Counted from the first letter of the stretch, positions 11,015-21,285 are shown. The stretch is 64,000 nt of DNA from Pseudomonadota bacterium (GCA_022705135.1 JAKJFA010000001.1:13300-77299); one strand, 5' to 3'. Notes: a model not told the origin generated them from the letters alone. Numbers and translations: made by a program.

Positions 11015-11908
11015 ATGTGGTTCAGAAACCTGCAACTCTTTCGCCTGCCCGTACCCTGGCAAATCACCCTTGAGCAACTGGAAAACCAGTTAGCGCGCGG
11101 CGCCTTTCAACGCTGCCCAAGCAACGAGCCGATGAGCCGCGGCTGGGTCTCGCCACGCGGCGACGGCGCCCTAGTCTATGCGCAGAACCGGCAATGGCTG
11201 CTCTGCTTGTGCATCGAGCAACGCCTTTTACCCTCGACCGTGATCGGCGAAGTGGTTTCTGAGCGTGCCGCTGAAATGGCGGCGCAAAGCGGCTTCCCGC
11301 CCGGCCGCAAGCAAATGCGCGAGTTGCGCGAGCGGGTTACCGAGGAATTGTTGCCCAAAGCCTTTACCCGAAAACGCAAAACCCAGGTCTGGATCGACCC
11401 GCAACAGGGCTGGCTGGGCATCGATGCCGCCAGCCCGGCCAAAGCGGAGGAAGTCCTGGAGCATCTGCGCTGGTCGCTCGATGAATTTCCGCTGGAATTG
11501 CTGCATACCGCGCATTCGCCGACGGCGGCGATGGCCGATTGGCTGGCTTCCGGCGAAGCGCCGGCCGGCTTCACCATCGACCGCGACTGCGAACTCAAAT
11601 CGGTGAGCGAAGAGAAGGCTGCGGTGCGTTATGTGCGGCACCCGCTGGAGGGCGACGAAATCCGCGCCCATCTGGCCGCCGGCAAAGCGCCGACGCGCCT
11701 GGCGCTGACCTGGAACGACCACATTTCCTTCGTCTTGACCGAGAAGCTCGAAATCAAGCGCATTGCCTTCCTCGATTTGCTGAAGGAAGAAGCGGAACGC
11801 GGGAACGCTGAAGACCAGTTTGACGCCGATTTTGCCCTGATGAGCGGCGAATTCGGCCGTTTCCTGCCGGAGCTGGTCGAAGCACTGGGCGGCGAAGAAG
11901 CAGAATAG
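11015..11908 (+). CDS. rdgC: Recombination-associated protein RdgC
   Basis: Start trimmed to ATG 11015, giving MWFRNLQLFRLP..., the typical RdgC N-terminus. Length ~297 aa. The longer track ORF (10826) adds a non-protein-like leader. Confidence 0.9.
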   Translation: MWFRNLQLFRLPVPWQITLEQLENQLARGAFQRCPSNEPMSRGWVSPRGDGALVYAQNRQWLLCLCIEQRLLPSTVIGEVVSERAAEMAAQSGFPPGRKQMRELRERVTEELLPKAFTRKRKTQVWIDPQQGWLGIDAASPAKAEEVLEHLRWSLDEFPLELLHTAHSPTAAMADWLASGEAPAGFTIDRDCELKSVSEEKAAVRYVRHPLEGDEIRAHLAAGKAPTRLALTWNDHISFVLTEKLEIKRIAFLDLLKEEAERGNAEDQFDADFALMSGEFGRFLPELVEALGGEEAE

Positions 11909-11911
11909 TGC

Positions 11912-12892
11912 TTAGTTTGAGCCTGCCAGCGCGCGGCGCAAACGGTCATTGACCGCAGACCAGGCGGGGGCGTCCGGCGTCAGCTCAACCAGGATGATCT
12001 CGGCGCCCGACTTGTCCAGCGCGCGCAGCGCGGCATACAAGTTATGCGCATAAGCGACCGGTTCGGCAGGGAGCAACTTGATGCGACCGGCAGGCCAGTG
12101 CGCGGCACGGGCGGCCAGTGCTGGGCTGTGCGCCAGCAGGGCCGTACCCACAGAAGGAGACAATGCGTCCAGTTCGCCGGGCCGGAGCAGGCGCATGGGC
12201 GTGTTGGGGGCATAGTGCGCCGGCAGCGAGCCGGAAACGCGCGGGGCGCCTTCGGCGGTTTCGATTTCAGGCGCAAACCCGAGCACTTCGGCGAGATGGG
12301 CTGGTGCGATGTGGCCAGGGCGCAAAATGACCGGCTCCTGGCGCGAGCAATCGACAATGGTCGATTCGATGCCGACCGCGCAGGCGCCGCCCTCCAGCAC
12401 CATCAACTGTTCGCCCAATTCGGCACGGACATGCGCGGCCGTGGTCGGACTGACGCGGCCAAAGCGGTTGGCTGAGGGTGCGGCGATGCCGCCTTGGGCA
12501 TTGCGCTGGGCAAAACGGCGCAGCAATTCGAGCGCCACCGGATGTCCGGGAACACGCAGGCCGACGGTCTGCTGGCCACCAGTGATGAGGTCGGGCACCC
12601 AGGGCTGTTTTTTCAGGATCAGCGTCAGCGGGCCAGGCCAGAAGCTTTCCATCAATTCCCACGCCGGGTCCGGGATGGACTGCGCCCAATGTTCCACCCA
12701 ATCATCAGCCGGCAAATGAACAATGAGCGGGTGGTCGGCGGGACGTCCCTTGGCGGCAAAAATTTTGGCGACAGCATCAGCATTGGAAGCATCAGCGCCA
12801 AGTCCATAAACCGTTTCGGTCGGGAAAGCAACGAGCTCGCCGGCTGTTAATAGCACTACGGCTTGGGCGAACTCGGTTTCGGAAGGAATCAC
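11912..12892 (-). CDS. tsaC: L-threonylcarbamoyladenylate synthase, long Sua5/YwlC type
   Basis: ELVAFPTETVYGLGADA...AKGRPADHPLIVH motifs plus a C-terminal Sua5 extension. The track ORF start (13048) would overlap purE by 150 nt. The in-frame GTG at 12892 (VIPSETEF...), 5 nt after the purE stop, is the more plausible start, but this is uncertain. Confidence 0.8.
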   Translation of the reverse strand: MIPSETEFAQAVVLLTAGELVAFPTETVYGLGADASNADAVAKIFAAKGRPADHPLIVHLPADDWVEHWAQSIPDPAWELMESFWPGPLTLILKKQPWVPDLITGGQQTVGLRVPGHPVALELLRRFAQRNAQGGIAAPSANRFGRVSPTTAAHVRAELGEQLMVLEGGACAVGIESTIVDCSRQEPVILRPGHIAPAHLAEVLGFAPEIETAEGAPRVSGSLPAHYAPNTPMRLLRPGELDALSPSVGTALLAHSPALAARAAHWPAGRIKLLPAEPVAYAHNLYAALRALDKSGAEIILVELTPDAPAWSAVNDRLRRALAGSN

Positions 12893-12896
12893 GTTG

Positions 12897-13400
12897 TCAG
12901 TCGAGTTCCGGTAGTTTGATCGCCAGCACCTTGGCGCTTTGCGCCTGCCGGAATTCTGCCAGTTTCTGGCGCAGTTCCGCGTCCTCGTTCGCCAGCATGG
13001 CGATGACAAAGAGGGCGGCGTTGGCGGCACCGGCCTCGCCGATGGCAAAAGTGGCCACCGGAATGCCCTTGGGCATCTGTACCATCGAATAGAGCGAGTC
13101 CTCGCCGCCGAGCGACTTGGTTTGCATCGGCACGCCCAGAACAGGCAGCAAGGTCTTGGCCGCCAGCACGCCAGCCAGATGTGCTGCGCCGCCGGCGCCG
13201 GCGATGATGGCTTTCAGGCCGCGTTCGCTGGCCATGGCCGCATAATCGAGCGCTTCATCCGGGGTGCGGTGGGCGGAGAGCACGCGGGCTTCCCAGGCGA
13301 TGCCAAACTCCTTGAACATGCGGGCGGCCTGCTGCATGACCGGCCAGTCAGAATCGGAACCCATCAGGATGCCGACTTGGGGCAGGGTGTGTTCACTCAT
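12897..13400 (-). CDS. purE: N5-carboxyaminoimidazole ribonucleotide mutase
   Basis: 167 aa. [37 protein letters not shown]. Confidence 0.95.
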   Translation of the reverse strand: MSEHTLPQVGILMGSDSDWPVMQQAARMFKEFGIAWEARVLSAHRTPDEALDYAAMASERGLKAIIAGAGGAAHLAGVLAAKTLLPVLGVPMQTKSLGGEDSLYSMVQMPKGIPVATFAIGEAGAANAALFVIAMLANEDAELRQKLAEFRQAQSAKVLAIKLPELD

Positions 13401-13401
13401 T

Positions 13402-14274
13402 TCAGTTCCTTTCTTGCAAAATGCGTTCTGCCGATTCGATGGTGTTGGCCAGCAGCATGGTGATGGTCATCGGGCCGACCCCGCCAGGCACCGGGGTAAT
13501 CAGCGAGGCCACCTCCTTGACCGCAGCGAAGTCGACATCGCCACACAGCTTGCCGGCGTCCGGGCCCTCGGCAATCCGGTTGATGCCGACATCGATGACG
13601 ATGGCGCCGGGTTTGAGCATGTCGGCCTTGACGAAGCGCGGCTTGCCCAGCGCGGCGACGACGAGATCGGCGCGGCGTGTGTGGGAAGCCAGGTCGCGTG
13701 TTTTTGAATTGCAGACGGTGACGGTGGCGCCCGCCGCGATGAGCAGCAACGCCATCGGCTTGCCGACGATGTTGGAGCGGCCGATGACCACGGCTTCCTT
13801 GCCGGCCAGGTCGACGCCGTATTTCTCGAACATCTTCATCACCCCGTAGGGTGTGCAGGGAATGAAGCGCGGGTGGCCCTGCACCAGCGCGCCGACATTC
13901 TCGGCATGGAAACCGTCGACATCCTTCGCTGGCGAAATGGCTTCGAGGATGGCATCTTCATTGATATGCTTGGGCAAGGGCAGTTGCACCAGAATGCCGT
14001 GGATGGCGGCATCCTGGTTCAGCTCATTGATCTTGGCCAGCACTTCGGACTGGCTGGCATCGGCCGGGTAGACAATTTTTTCCGAATGCATGCCGGCCGC
14101 TTCACAGGCGCTGACCTTGTTACGCACATAGACCTGTGAAGCAGGATCCTCGCCAACCAGGACAACCGCCAGGCCGGGACGCTGGCCGCGCGCAGCCAAT
14201 GTGGCAACCCGCTCCTTGAAACTGGCGCGCAATTCGTCGGCCAGGGCTTTTCCATCGAGAACTTGGGCAGTCAT
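13402..14274 (-). CDS. folD: Bifunctional methylenetetrahydrofolate dehydrogenase / methenyl-THF cyclohydrolase
   Basis: 290 aa. ILDGKALA..., [46 protein letters not shown]. Confidence 0.95.
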   Translation of the reverse strand: MTAQVLDGKALADELRASFKERVATLAARGQRPGLAVVLVGEDPASQVYVRNKVSACEAAGMHSEKIVYPADASQSEVLAKINELNQDAAIHGILVQLPLPKHINEDAILEAISPAKDVDGFHAENVGALVQGHPRFIPCTPYGVMKMFEKYGVDLAGKEAVVIGRSNIVGKPMALLLIAAGATVTVCNSKTRDLASHTRRADLVVAALGKPRFVKADMLKPGAIVIDVGINRIAEGPDAGKLCGDVDFAAVKEVASLITPVPGGVGPMTITMLLANTIESAERILQERN

Positions 14275-14498
14275 GGGGTTTCCTTACAGGCTGCAAAACG
14301 GGAACAAGGGAAGCGTGGCCGGAAGGGACGCGGGCGAATTTTAACAGAAGCTCAGTACCCAAGAAGCTGAAAGAAAATTGTAGCGAGCGCAGCCAGGTTG
14401 GCCGCGCCCGGAACACAGCGACGAGACAGTACACGAAGTACGGCGAGGAGCGAGTACCGCGCAAGAGCAAGCTGGCAAGCGCAGTAAATTTTCGACAG

Positions 14499-14918
14499 CT
14501 TAAACAGGCTGCTGAAATACTCCACGGGGTTGCGGCGCAGGCTTTCCGGGATGGCTCGCGCAACGTGGCGCTTCGGTACGTGCGCAGTGAAGCGAGCCGT
14601 AGCAGCGCCATCCGCGTAAGCGCGAGCCCGTGTTCGCCTCCGCTGCCCGATCCCCCTGCGGGGGCCCCTCGGGTCGCGCTCCGGCGCTGCATGCACGAAA
14701 GGAAGCGAAGCCAATGGTCGATCCCCTTGGCGAGCTTCCTGACACAGCAGACCGCCCGGAAAGACGCGCCCCTCCGGGTTTGCGCGAAAAATGCCCATCT
14801 GCAGTGTTGCGCTCCTCGGCATCGTAGTCCCGGCTACGACCTTCGTCGCGCGTCGCGCATCTGTGCATTTTTCGTGTCAAACGCATTCTCCCGGCGAGTT
14901 TTTCAACAGCCTGTTAAC
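14499..14918. mobile_element. MITE-like non-autonomous element, copy A (420 bp, carries a ~136-bp internal extra block at 14555-14690)
   Basis: Imperfect terminal inverted repeats: CTTAAACAGGCTGCTGAAATACTCC... and ...GAGTTTTTCAACAGCCTGTTAAC. The interior is nearly identical to 59802-60085. The only ORFs are frame-independent junk shared by both copies. Confidence 0.7.
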
Positions 14919-15582
14919 CGACCAAAACAACATGCACCCGGCAAGGACCATGCGCCCCCAGGACAATGGTCTGCTCAATGTCGGCGGTGCGCGACGGCCC
15001 GGAAATGAAATTGACCGCAGGCGGCATGTCGGAAAATTGGGCGCGAAAGCGCGCAAATGCTTCTTCCATCGTGGGTACGATGCGCTCGAGCGGCACCACA
15101 GCGACATGCGTTTCCGGCAGCAGGCTCAGCGTGGGCGGCAAATCGGGAGCGGAATGCAGCATCAGCGTCCCGGTTTCGGCAATGGCGCAAAAACAATCCG
15201 TTAACCCCACCAGGTCGGCATCGGCGGCGCCGCGTACCGCCACCGACACCCCCGCGTTTTCCCATTCCAGCGACGCCAGTGGCGGACTGGTCACCGCCGA
15301 TAAACCGAGGCTATTCGCCGCCAGATAACGCGCCACCGCCCGCGGCACCTCGTTGAGACGCGCCACCCGGTCGGTCGTGCAAGACATCTCCTCGAGCTTG
15401 CGCAAGAGCCGCTCGACCAAATCCCCCGTCATGCGCGGCTGCGGCCCGCGTGCCACCGCGCGTATCGCTTCCTCGGCCTGGGCTTTGCGCACATCCGCAT
15501 CGGCGGCCGTAACGGGCGCCAACCTTTGTCTGACCCGCGCCATGATCTCGGCACGGGCAGCGTGATTGTCCTGTTTCGTCAT
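14914..15582 (-). CDS. lutC: Lactate utilisation protein C (LutC/YkgG, LUD domain)
   Basis: 222 aa, last gene of the lutA-lutB-lutC order. The call relies on the LUD-type sequence and on context with LutB and LutA. Confidence 0.8.
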   Translation of the reverse strand: MTKQDNHAARAEIMARVRQRLAPVTAADADVRKAQAEEAIRAVARGPQPRMTGDLVERLLRKLEEMSCTTDRVARLNEVPRAVARYLAANSLGLSAVTSPPLASLEWENAGVSVAVRGAADADLVGLTDCFCAIAETGTLMLHSAPDLPPTLSLLPETHVAVVPLERIVPTMEEAFARFRAQFSDMPPAVNFISGPSRTADIEQTIVLGAHGPCRVHVVLVG

Positions 15583-15592
15583 ATCGACTCCA

Positions 15593-17026
15593 TCAACCCC
15601 TGTTCTTCCTGTCTGCCCAGAGTTCCTGGAAACTCCTGCCCGGCGGCGCTTTCAAATCGCGCCCCCCCGTCCAGCCCGGCGCCATGCCCAGAACGCGGAT
15701 AAAGGCCTCACCGCCCGCCAGCCACTTGAGATAGCGCACCGCCCGCCGCACGCCCCAATGGTAGAAACGCGGATGGCACGCCGCCCAGGCCCAGACCTTG
15801 TAACCCAGACGCTCGAGCCACGGCCTCAGCCCTTCCTCGAAGGTGCGGCGGCGCAAGGCCCGCATCAGTTCAGGCAAGGGAATGCCAACGGGACACACCG
15901 CGCCGCACTGGTTACAGCCCGTCGTCGCCTGCGGCAAGTCTTGCGCGGTTTTAAGGCTGGTGTAGAGCGGCGTCAGCACGGAACCCATCGGGCCAGGATA
16001 AACCCAGCCGTAGGCATGGCCGCCAATCGCCGTATAGACCGGACAATGGTTCATGCAGGCGCCGCAGCGAATGCAGCGCAGCATGCTGGCGAACTCGCCG
16101 CCCAGCAAATCTGCACGGCCATTGTCGACCAACACAAAGACGATTTTTTCCGGCCCTTGCACCGGGCTATCCAGCGCCAAGCCCCCCCGGGCCGTCAGCA
16201 CGGAAACGTAGTTGGAAATGCTCTGTCCGGTCGCCGAGCGCGGCAGCAGGCGCATCAGGGTCGCCAGATCCTGCAGGTTCGGAATGATTTTCTCGATGCC
16301 GGCAATCACCACATGCAAGCGTGGCAGGGTTGTCACCATGCGGCCATTGCCCTCATTGGTCACCAACGCCGCCGAACCGGTTTCCGCCACCAGAAAATTG
16401 GCGCCGCTGACGCCCATATCGGCCGAGAGGAAATGCTGGCGCAAGACGCCGCGCGCCTCGCGCGCCAGCGCCGTGATATCGCTCTGGCGCGGCAAACCGT
16501 GGTGCGCGACAAACAGATCGGCCACTTCTTCCTTGGTCTTGTGCACCGCCGGCGCAATGATATGGGAAGGGGTTTCCCCGGCCAGTTGAATGATGTATTC
16601 GCCCAGATCGGTCTCGATCGACTCGATCCCGGCAGCGGCGAAGGCCGTATTCAAATCGGCCTCTTCCGAGAGCATCGACTTCGACTTGACGACTTTCCTG
16701 ACACCATGCTGCCGCGCCAGATCGACCAGCAGGCGGGCCACCTCGTCGCCATCGCGCGCCCACAACACTTTGGCGCCGGTCGCCTGCGCCCGCGCCTCGA
16801 ACAATTCCAGCCAGACATCCAGATTGTCGACAACCCGATCGCGGATTTCCTGGCACGCCACCCGCATCTCCTCAAAGCCCAGGCCATCCGCAGCCAAGCC
16901 CTCCAAACCCTTCTTGCGCTTGCCGACAAAGAGGGGGCGGACATACGCCAGCGTTTTCTGCATCTGCGGGTCGCAGGCCTTCTGCGCCGCCTGCTCCTGA
17001 AAAAACATGGCCTGCGAGCGCATCAC
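15593..17026 (-). CDS. lutB: Lactate utilisation iron-sulfur protein B (LutB/YkgF)
   Basis: 477 aa. Two ferredoxin-type cluster motifs (CIRCGACMNHCPVY, CNQCGAVCPVGIPL). The start is either GTG 17026 or ATG 17023; both overlap the lutA stop. Confidence 0.9.
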   Translation of the reverse strand: MMRSQAMFFQEQAAQKACDPQMQKTLAYVRPLFVGKRKKGLEGLAADGLGFEEMRVACQEIRDRVVDNLDVWLELFEARAQATGAKVLWARDGDEVARLLVDLARQHGVRKVVKSKSMLSEEADLNTAFAAAGIESIETDLGEYIIQLAGETPSHIIAPAVHKTKEEVADLFVAHHGLPRQSDITALAREARGVLRQHFLSADMGVSGANFLVAETGSAALVTNEGNGRMVTTLPRLHVVIAGIEKIIPNLQDLATLMRLLPRSATGQSISNYVSVLTARGGLALDSPVQGPEKIVFVLVDNGRADLLGGEFASMLRCIRCGACMNHCPVYTAIGGHAYGWVYPGPMGSVLTPLYTSLKTAQDLPQATTGCNQCGAVCPVGIPLPELMRALRRRTFEEGLRPWLERLGYKVWAWAACHPRFYHWGVRRAVRYLKWLAGGEAFIRVLGMAPGWTGGRDLKAPPGRSFQELWADRKNRG

Positions 17027-17748
17027 TGACCCTCCCCGGCAAGCACTTCAGCAATGTGCAGCACCCGCGTCGGATCACCACGCCGCCGCAGGCGCCCCTC
17101 GATATTGAGCAGGCAACCCAGATCACCACCGACGACCACCTCGGCGCCGCTTTCACGGATCGAGGCGCATTTCCGATCCACGATCACGGTTGAGATTTCG
17201 CCAAACTTGGCCGCAAAGGCACCGCCAAAGCCACAACATTCCTCGCTCTCTCCCATCTCCCTAAGCGTAACCCCTTTCATCTTGGCCAGCAGTTGGCGCG
17301 GCTGCTGTTTGATGCCCAGCTTGCGCAGCCCCTTGCAGGAATCGTGATAGGTGATACTGCCGTGAAAGTCTCCCGGCACCTCGTTTACCTTCAGCACATC
17401 GACCAGAAAGCTGGTCAACTCAAAAGTACGCTTCGACAAGTCGGCCGCTTTTTCAGCCCATTCCGGCTCGCCCGCCAGCAATTCCGGATAGGCGTTCTTG
17501 ATATGCTCGGCGCAGGAAGCGGAAGGCAGCACCACATACTCGAATCCGGCCAGATCGCTGATGTTTTTCTTTGCCAGCGCGCGCGCCGCATCGGCCTCGC
17601 CCGCACTCCACGCCGGCTGGCCGCAGCAGGTCTGATCCTCCGGCACCACCACATCGCATCCGGCTGCTTCCAGCAACCGCATTGTGGCAAACCCAATGGA
17701 AGGCCGCATGACATCGACCAGACAGGTCACAAACAGGGCAACGCGCAT
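17023..17748 (-). CDS. lutA: Lactate utilisation protein A (LutA/YkgE, CCG-domain Fe-S oxidoreductase)
   Basis: Start trimmed to ATG 17748 (MRVALFVTCLVD...CCGQP). A second CCG-type motif (ECCGFGG) is present. Confidence 0.9.
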   Translation of the reverse strand: MRVALFVTCLVDVMRPSIGFATMRLLEAAGCDVVVPEDQTCCGQPAWSAGEADAARALAKKNISDLAGFEYVVLPSASCAEHIKNAYPELLAGEPEWAEKAADLSKRTFELTSFLVDVLKVNEVPGDFHGSITYHDSCKGLRKLGIKQQPRQLLAKMKGVTLREMGESEECCGFGGAFAAKFGEISTVIVDRKCASIRESGAEVVVGGDLGCLLNIEGRLRRRGDPTRVLHIAEVLAGEGQ

Positions 17749-18174
17749 GACAACTTTCCCGAGACATGATGGGCGGCATCCTACCTCCCTTTCCCTCCAC
17801 GTGGAAGCGACCGCCACTGACCCCGCGAGCGTGGTCGTGCCAGCCAACGCTTGAATTCACAGGCGATGCGCGTTTCGGGGAGAAATATAATCCGTGTCCC
17901 CTATTATTTTTGGGAACCTACCATTTCTGCACGAACACGACGCGCCGGTTCTTGAGAATACTGGCGTTTCTGTACTGTTCCTTGATCTGCGCCGGTTGTG
18001 ACCAGTTGGCCGAATTGGTCTGGAGCGTGGGTAGCACGCTGCCCACAATTGCCGCCAATAGTGATTTGACATTTCTCCAGTATATCAACCCGGCAGATTT
18101 CTGGTGCCGCTTTCGTGCCAGCCCCATCCCCTTGCGGTAAAATTCGCCACTTTCGTCTTTGCTGGGGAAATCTC

Positions 18175-18783
18175 GTGCGGATCGTCTGTCTCGACCTCGA
18201 AGGGGTTCTGGTTCCGGAAATCTGGATCGAATTCGCCCAGCGTACCGGCATCCCCGAGCTGCGCCGCACCACCCGCGACGAGCCGGACTACGACAAGCTG
18301 ATGCGCTACCGCCTCGCCATCCTGCAAGAACACAAGCTCGGCCTGCCCGATATCCAGAAAGTCATCACAGCCATGGGGCCGCTGCCCGGCGCCCGCGAAT
18401 TCCTCGACCAGTTGCGTGAAGACTATCAGGTGCTCATTCTCTCCGATACCTATTATGAATTCGCCCACCCGCTGATGCGCCAGCTCGGCTGGCCGACGCT
18501 GTTCTGCCATTCGCTCGAGGTCGCAGCGGATGGCAAGGTCACCAACTACTGCCTGCGCCTGCCCAATCAGAAGCGTGAAACGGTCAAGCACCTGAAGGAA
18601 CTCAATTTCAAGGTGGTCGCCGCCGGCGATTCCTACAACGACACCGCGATGCTGGCCGAAGCGCACGCCGGCATCCTGTTCCACCCCCCGGAAAACGTCA
18701 TCCGCGAATTTCCGCAATTCCCGGTCACTCTGAATTACCCTGAAATGCGCGCCGAAATCGACCGCGCTTTTGCCAAACTCTAA
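18175..18783 (+). CDS. thrH: Phosphoserine phosphatase / homoserine phosphotransferase ThrH (HAD family)
   Basis: GTG 18175 preceded by GGGGAAA. The sequence (V)RIVCLDLEGVLVPEIWIEFA...ILSDTYYEFAHPLMRQLGWPTLFCH...AAGDSYNDTAMLAEAHAGILFHPPENVIREFPQFP closely follows the Pseudomonas ThrH sequence as I remember it. Confidence 0.85.
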   Translation: MRIVCLDLEGVLVPEIWIEFAQRTGIPELRRTTRDEPDYDKLMRYRLAILQEHKLGLPDIQKVITAMGPLPGAREFLDQLREDYQVLILSDTYYEFAHPLMRQLGWPTLFCHSLEVAADGKVTNYCLRLPNQKRETVKHLKELNFKVVAAGDSYNDTAMLAEAHAGILFHPPENVIREFPQFPVTLNYPEMRAEIDRAFAKL

Positions 18784-18831
18784 CGCCTTGGCTTTTACCC
18801 TTCACCCCTCCCCCTTCTCCCTTTACTCATA

Positions 18832-19695
18832 ATGCACAGCCAGCACTTTTATACCCTGACGGCCTCCTGCCCGGATCAGGTCGGCATCATCGCCAAGGTT
18901 TCCGGGTTTATCGCCCAGCACGGTGGCTGGATTCTGGAATCGAGCTACCACGCCGATGCCTTGACCGGCCGCTACTTCATGCGCATCGAGATCAAGGCCG
19001 ATTCATTGCCCTTCCTGCTCGCCGAATTCCGCGAGCGCTTTGGCAGCGCCGTTGCCGAGCCCTTGCAGATGACCTGGCGTATCACCGACAGCGCCGTCAA
19101 AAAACGGGTGGTCATCCTCGTCTCCAAGCAGGAACATTGCCTCTACGACCTGCTGGCGCGCTGGCAGGCCAAGGAAATGGATATCGAAATACCCTGCGTC
19201 ATTTCCAACCACGATACCTTTCGCGGTTTTGTCGAATGGCACGGCATCCCCTTCCACCATGTGCCGGTCAAAGCCGACCGCAAGGAGGCGGCATACGCCG
19301 AAATTCAGCGCATTTTCGACGAGGTGCGCGGCGACTGCATGGTGTTGGCCCGCTACATGCAGATTCTGCCGCCCGCCCTGTGTGAAGCGAACCCGGGCCG
19401 CATCATCAACATCCACCATTCCTTCCTACCCTCGTTTGCCGGCGCCAAGCCCTACCATCAGGCCTACGCACGCGGCGTCAAGCTGATCGGCGCCACCTGC
19501 CACTACGTCACTTCGGAACTCGATGCCGGCCCCATCATCGAGCAGGATGTCATCCGCATCGATCATTCCGACAACCCCGAGGACATGGTGCGCTACGGCA
19601 AGGACATCGAGAAAACCGTGCTGGCCCGTGGCCTGCGCTATCACCTGGAAGACCGCGTTCTGGTGCATGGCAACAAAACTGTGGTGTTTCGCTGA
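18832..19695 (+). CDS. purU: Formyltetrahydrofolate deformylase
   Basis: 287 aa. N-terminal ACT domain (LTASCPDQVGIIAKVSGFI). Formyl-transferase core INIHHSFLPSFAGAKPYHQA. Confidence 0.95.
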   Translation: MHSQHFYTLTASCPDQVGIIAKVSGFIAQHGGWILESSYHADALTGRYFMRIEIKADSLPFLLAEFRERFGSAVAEPLQMTWRITDSAVKKRVVILVSKQEHCLYDLLARWQAKEMDIEIPCVISNHDTFRGFVEWHGIPFHHVPVKADRKEAAYAEIQRIFDEVRGDCMVLARYMQILPPALCEANPGRIINIHHSFLPSFAGAKPYHQAYARGVKLIGATCHYVTSELDAGPIIEQDVIRIDHSDNPEDMVRYGKDIEKTVLARGLRYHLEDRVLVHGNKTVVFR

Positions 19696-19736
19696 GCCCT
19701 CTTTCTCCCGACGACAACGCATCGGAAAGGAAAAGC

Positions 19737-21155
19737 ATGAAATACGATTACGACCTGATCTGTGTCGGCCTCGGCCCAGCCGGCATGGCGGTTTCGATCA
19801 TGGCCGCCGAAATGGGGCTGTCCGTCTGCGCCATCGAGAAACACAAGGTGGGCGGCGAGTGCATGAATGTCGGCTGCATCCCGAGCAAGGCCTTGTTGCG
19901 GATGGCCCAAACCCGGCAGGCAGCGCGCCTGTTTGAAGCCATGGAACTCGAACCGGCACAGCTGCCCGGCGTCCGCGCCCCATTCGCGCGCATCCGCGCC
20001 CATCTGCAATACATCAACGACAAAAAGACGATGGGCATGTTCGCCAAGGTACAACTGATCCTCGGCGAAGGCGATGCCGTCTTTGTTGACCCGCATCAGG
20101 TCCGGGTCAATGAGCGGGTCTTTTCGGCCCGCCGCATCTTCATCTGCACCGGAACCCGCCCGGCGCTGCCGCCGATTCCCGGACTCGACACGGTGGAAGG
20201 CGTCCTCACCAACGAAAACATGTTCGCCCTCGACCAGGTGCCGGAAAGCCTCCTAATCATCGGCGGCGGCGCCATCGGAACCGAGATGGCGCAGGCTTTC
20301 TCGCGCCTGGGTTCACGGGTGGCGCTGGTGCATGCCGATCCGCACCTGATCCCGGCCGGCGACCCCGATGCCAGCGATTTGCTCCGTCAGATCTTTGAAG
20401 AGGAAGGCATCCAGGTTCTGAATGGACGCTGCATCAAGCAGATCACCCAAGCCGACGGCGAAATCCGGATCGAAACCCAGGAAGGCGACGAACTCCGTGG
20501 CGCGCGCCTGCTCGTGGCGGCTGGCCGGCAACCCGCCAGCGCCGCGCTGGAACTTGCCAACGCTGGCGTCAAGACAAACGCGCGTGGCTTTATCGAGGTC
20601 AACCGCCATCTGCAAACGAGCTGCCCGCACATCTACGCCGTCGGCGACTGCAACGGCCATGCCCTCTTCTCCCACGCCGCCATGCACCAGGGCATGATCG
20701 CCTTGATGAACAGCATGATGCCCTGGCCTTTCCGGAAGGACTTCCGCAAGTATCTTGTTCCCTGGACTGTTTTTTCCGACCCGCAAGTCTCGGCGGCCGG
20801 CAAGACCGAAGCAATGCTGAAGAAGGAAGGCATTCCCTTCGAAACCGTCCGCATCAACTATGGCGATTACGGCGCCGCCATCGCCGAAAACGTCCCCACC
20901 GGATTTCTCAAGGCCTTTGTCAGCGCCTCGGGGAAAATCCACGGCGTCGTCATTGTCGGCGAAGGTTCCGGCGAAATGATCAACGAGTGGGCGCTGGCCA
21001 TCCAGAAGGGGCTGCGCATGCACGACATCCTCTTCTTGCAGCATTCCTTCCCGACCATGGGATTCCTGACCAAGCGCACCAGCGAATCCTGGATGATGAA
21101 CCGGATGAAGTCGGAACGGCTCAAACGCCTGTGCCAATTCTTCTTCCGGCGGTAG
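19737..21155 (+). CDS. Class-I pyridine nucleotide-disulfide oxidoreductase (dihydrolipoyl dehydrogenase / mercuric reductase family)
   Basis: 472 aa. GLGPAGM FAD fold, redox-active disulfide GGECMNVGCIPSK, second GGGAIGTE fold. Confidence 0.85.
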   Translation: MKYDYDLICVGLGPAGMAVSIMAAEMGLSVCAIEKHKVGGECMNVGCIPSKALLRMAQTRQAARLFEAMELEPAQLPGVRAPFARIRAHLQYINDKKTMGMFAKVQLILGEGDAVFVDPHQVRVNERVFSARRIFICTGTRPALPPIPGLDTVEGVLTNENMFALDQVPESLLIIGGGAIGTEMAQAFSRLGSRVALVHADPHLIPAGDPDASDLLRQIFEEEGIQVLNGRCIKQITQADGEIRIETQEGDELRGARLLVAAGRQPASAALELANAGVKTNARGFIEVNRHLQTSCPHIYAVGDCNGHALFSHAAMHQGMIALMNSMMPWPFRKDFRKYLVPWTVFSDPQVSAAGKTEAMLKKEGIPFETVRINYGDYGAAIAENVPTGFLKAFVSASGKIHGVVIVGEGSGEMINEWALAIQKGLRMHDILFLQHSFPTMGFLTKRTSESWMMNRMKSERLKRLCQFFFRR

Positions 21156-21257
21156 TTACAGCGGCCAAAGCCAATGTCGAGCGCGTTCCGGGCCACAACA
21201 ATACCGGAACGCGCAACACCAGCAGTCCACGTCCTGGCTCATGGCAACAAGACGGTC

Positions 21258-21285
21258 GTTTTCCGATAATCGGAAAACCCTTTTT
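21258..21285 (+). terminator. Rho-independent terminator between convergent genes
   Basis: GTTTTCCGA-taa-TCGGAAAAC 9-bp stem followed by CCTTTTT. A second perfect 11-bp hairpin, GCGCGTTCCGG...CCGGAACGCGC, lies at 21181-21214. Confidence 0.55.

Noticed and set aside
14352-14886. ORFs of 128-190 aa (MRLTRKMHRCATRDEGRSRDYDAEER...), with near-identical ORFs at 59777-60053
   Set aside because: They lie wholly inside the two MITE copies, and the 136-bp indel does not respect a coding frame. The similarity is explained by the repeat DNA rather than by a conserved protein.
15566-17029. 487-aa plus-strand ORF
   Set aside because: Exactly mirrors lutB on the other strand. Arg/Ala/Gln-rich composition typical of antisense frames in GC-rich DNA.
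17918-18127. 69-aa minus-strand ORF ending ...EQYRNASILKNRRVVFVQKW, reminiscent of the NRRV(E/V) tail of OmpA/MotB-like domains, in the lutA-thrH spacer
   Set aside because: Only a ~15-aa resemblance with no upstream OmpA-like sequence and no SD. It could be a gene relic but cannot be supported from the sequence alone.
18085-18717. 210-aa minus-strand ORF
   Set aside because: Antisense to thrH, whose translation matches a known enzyme almost motif by motif.
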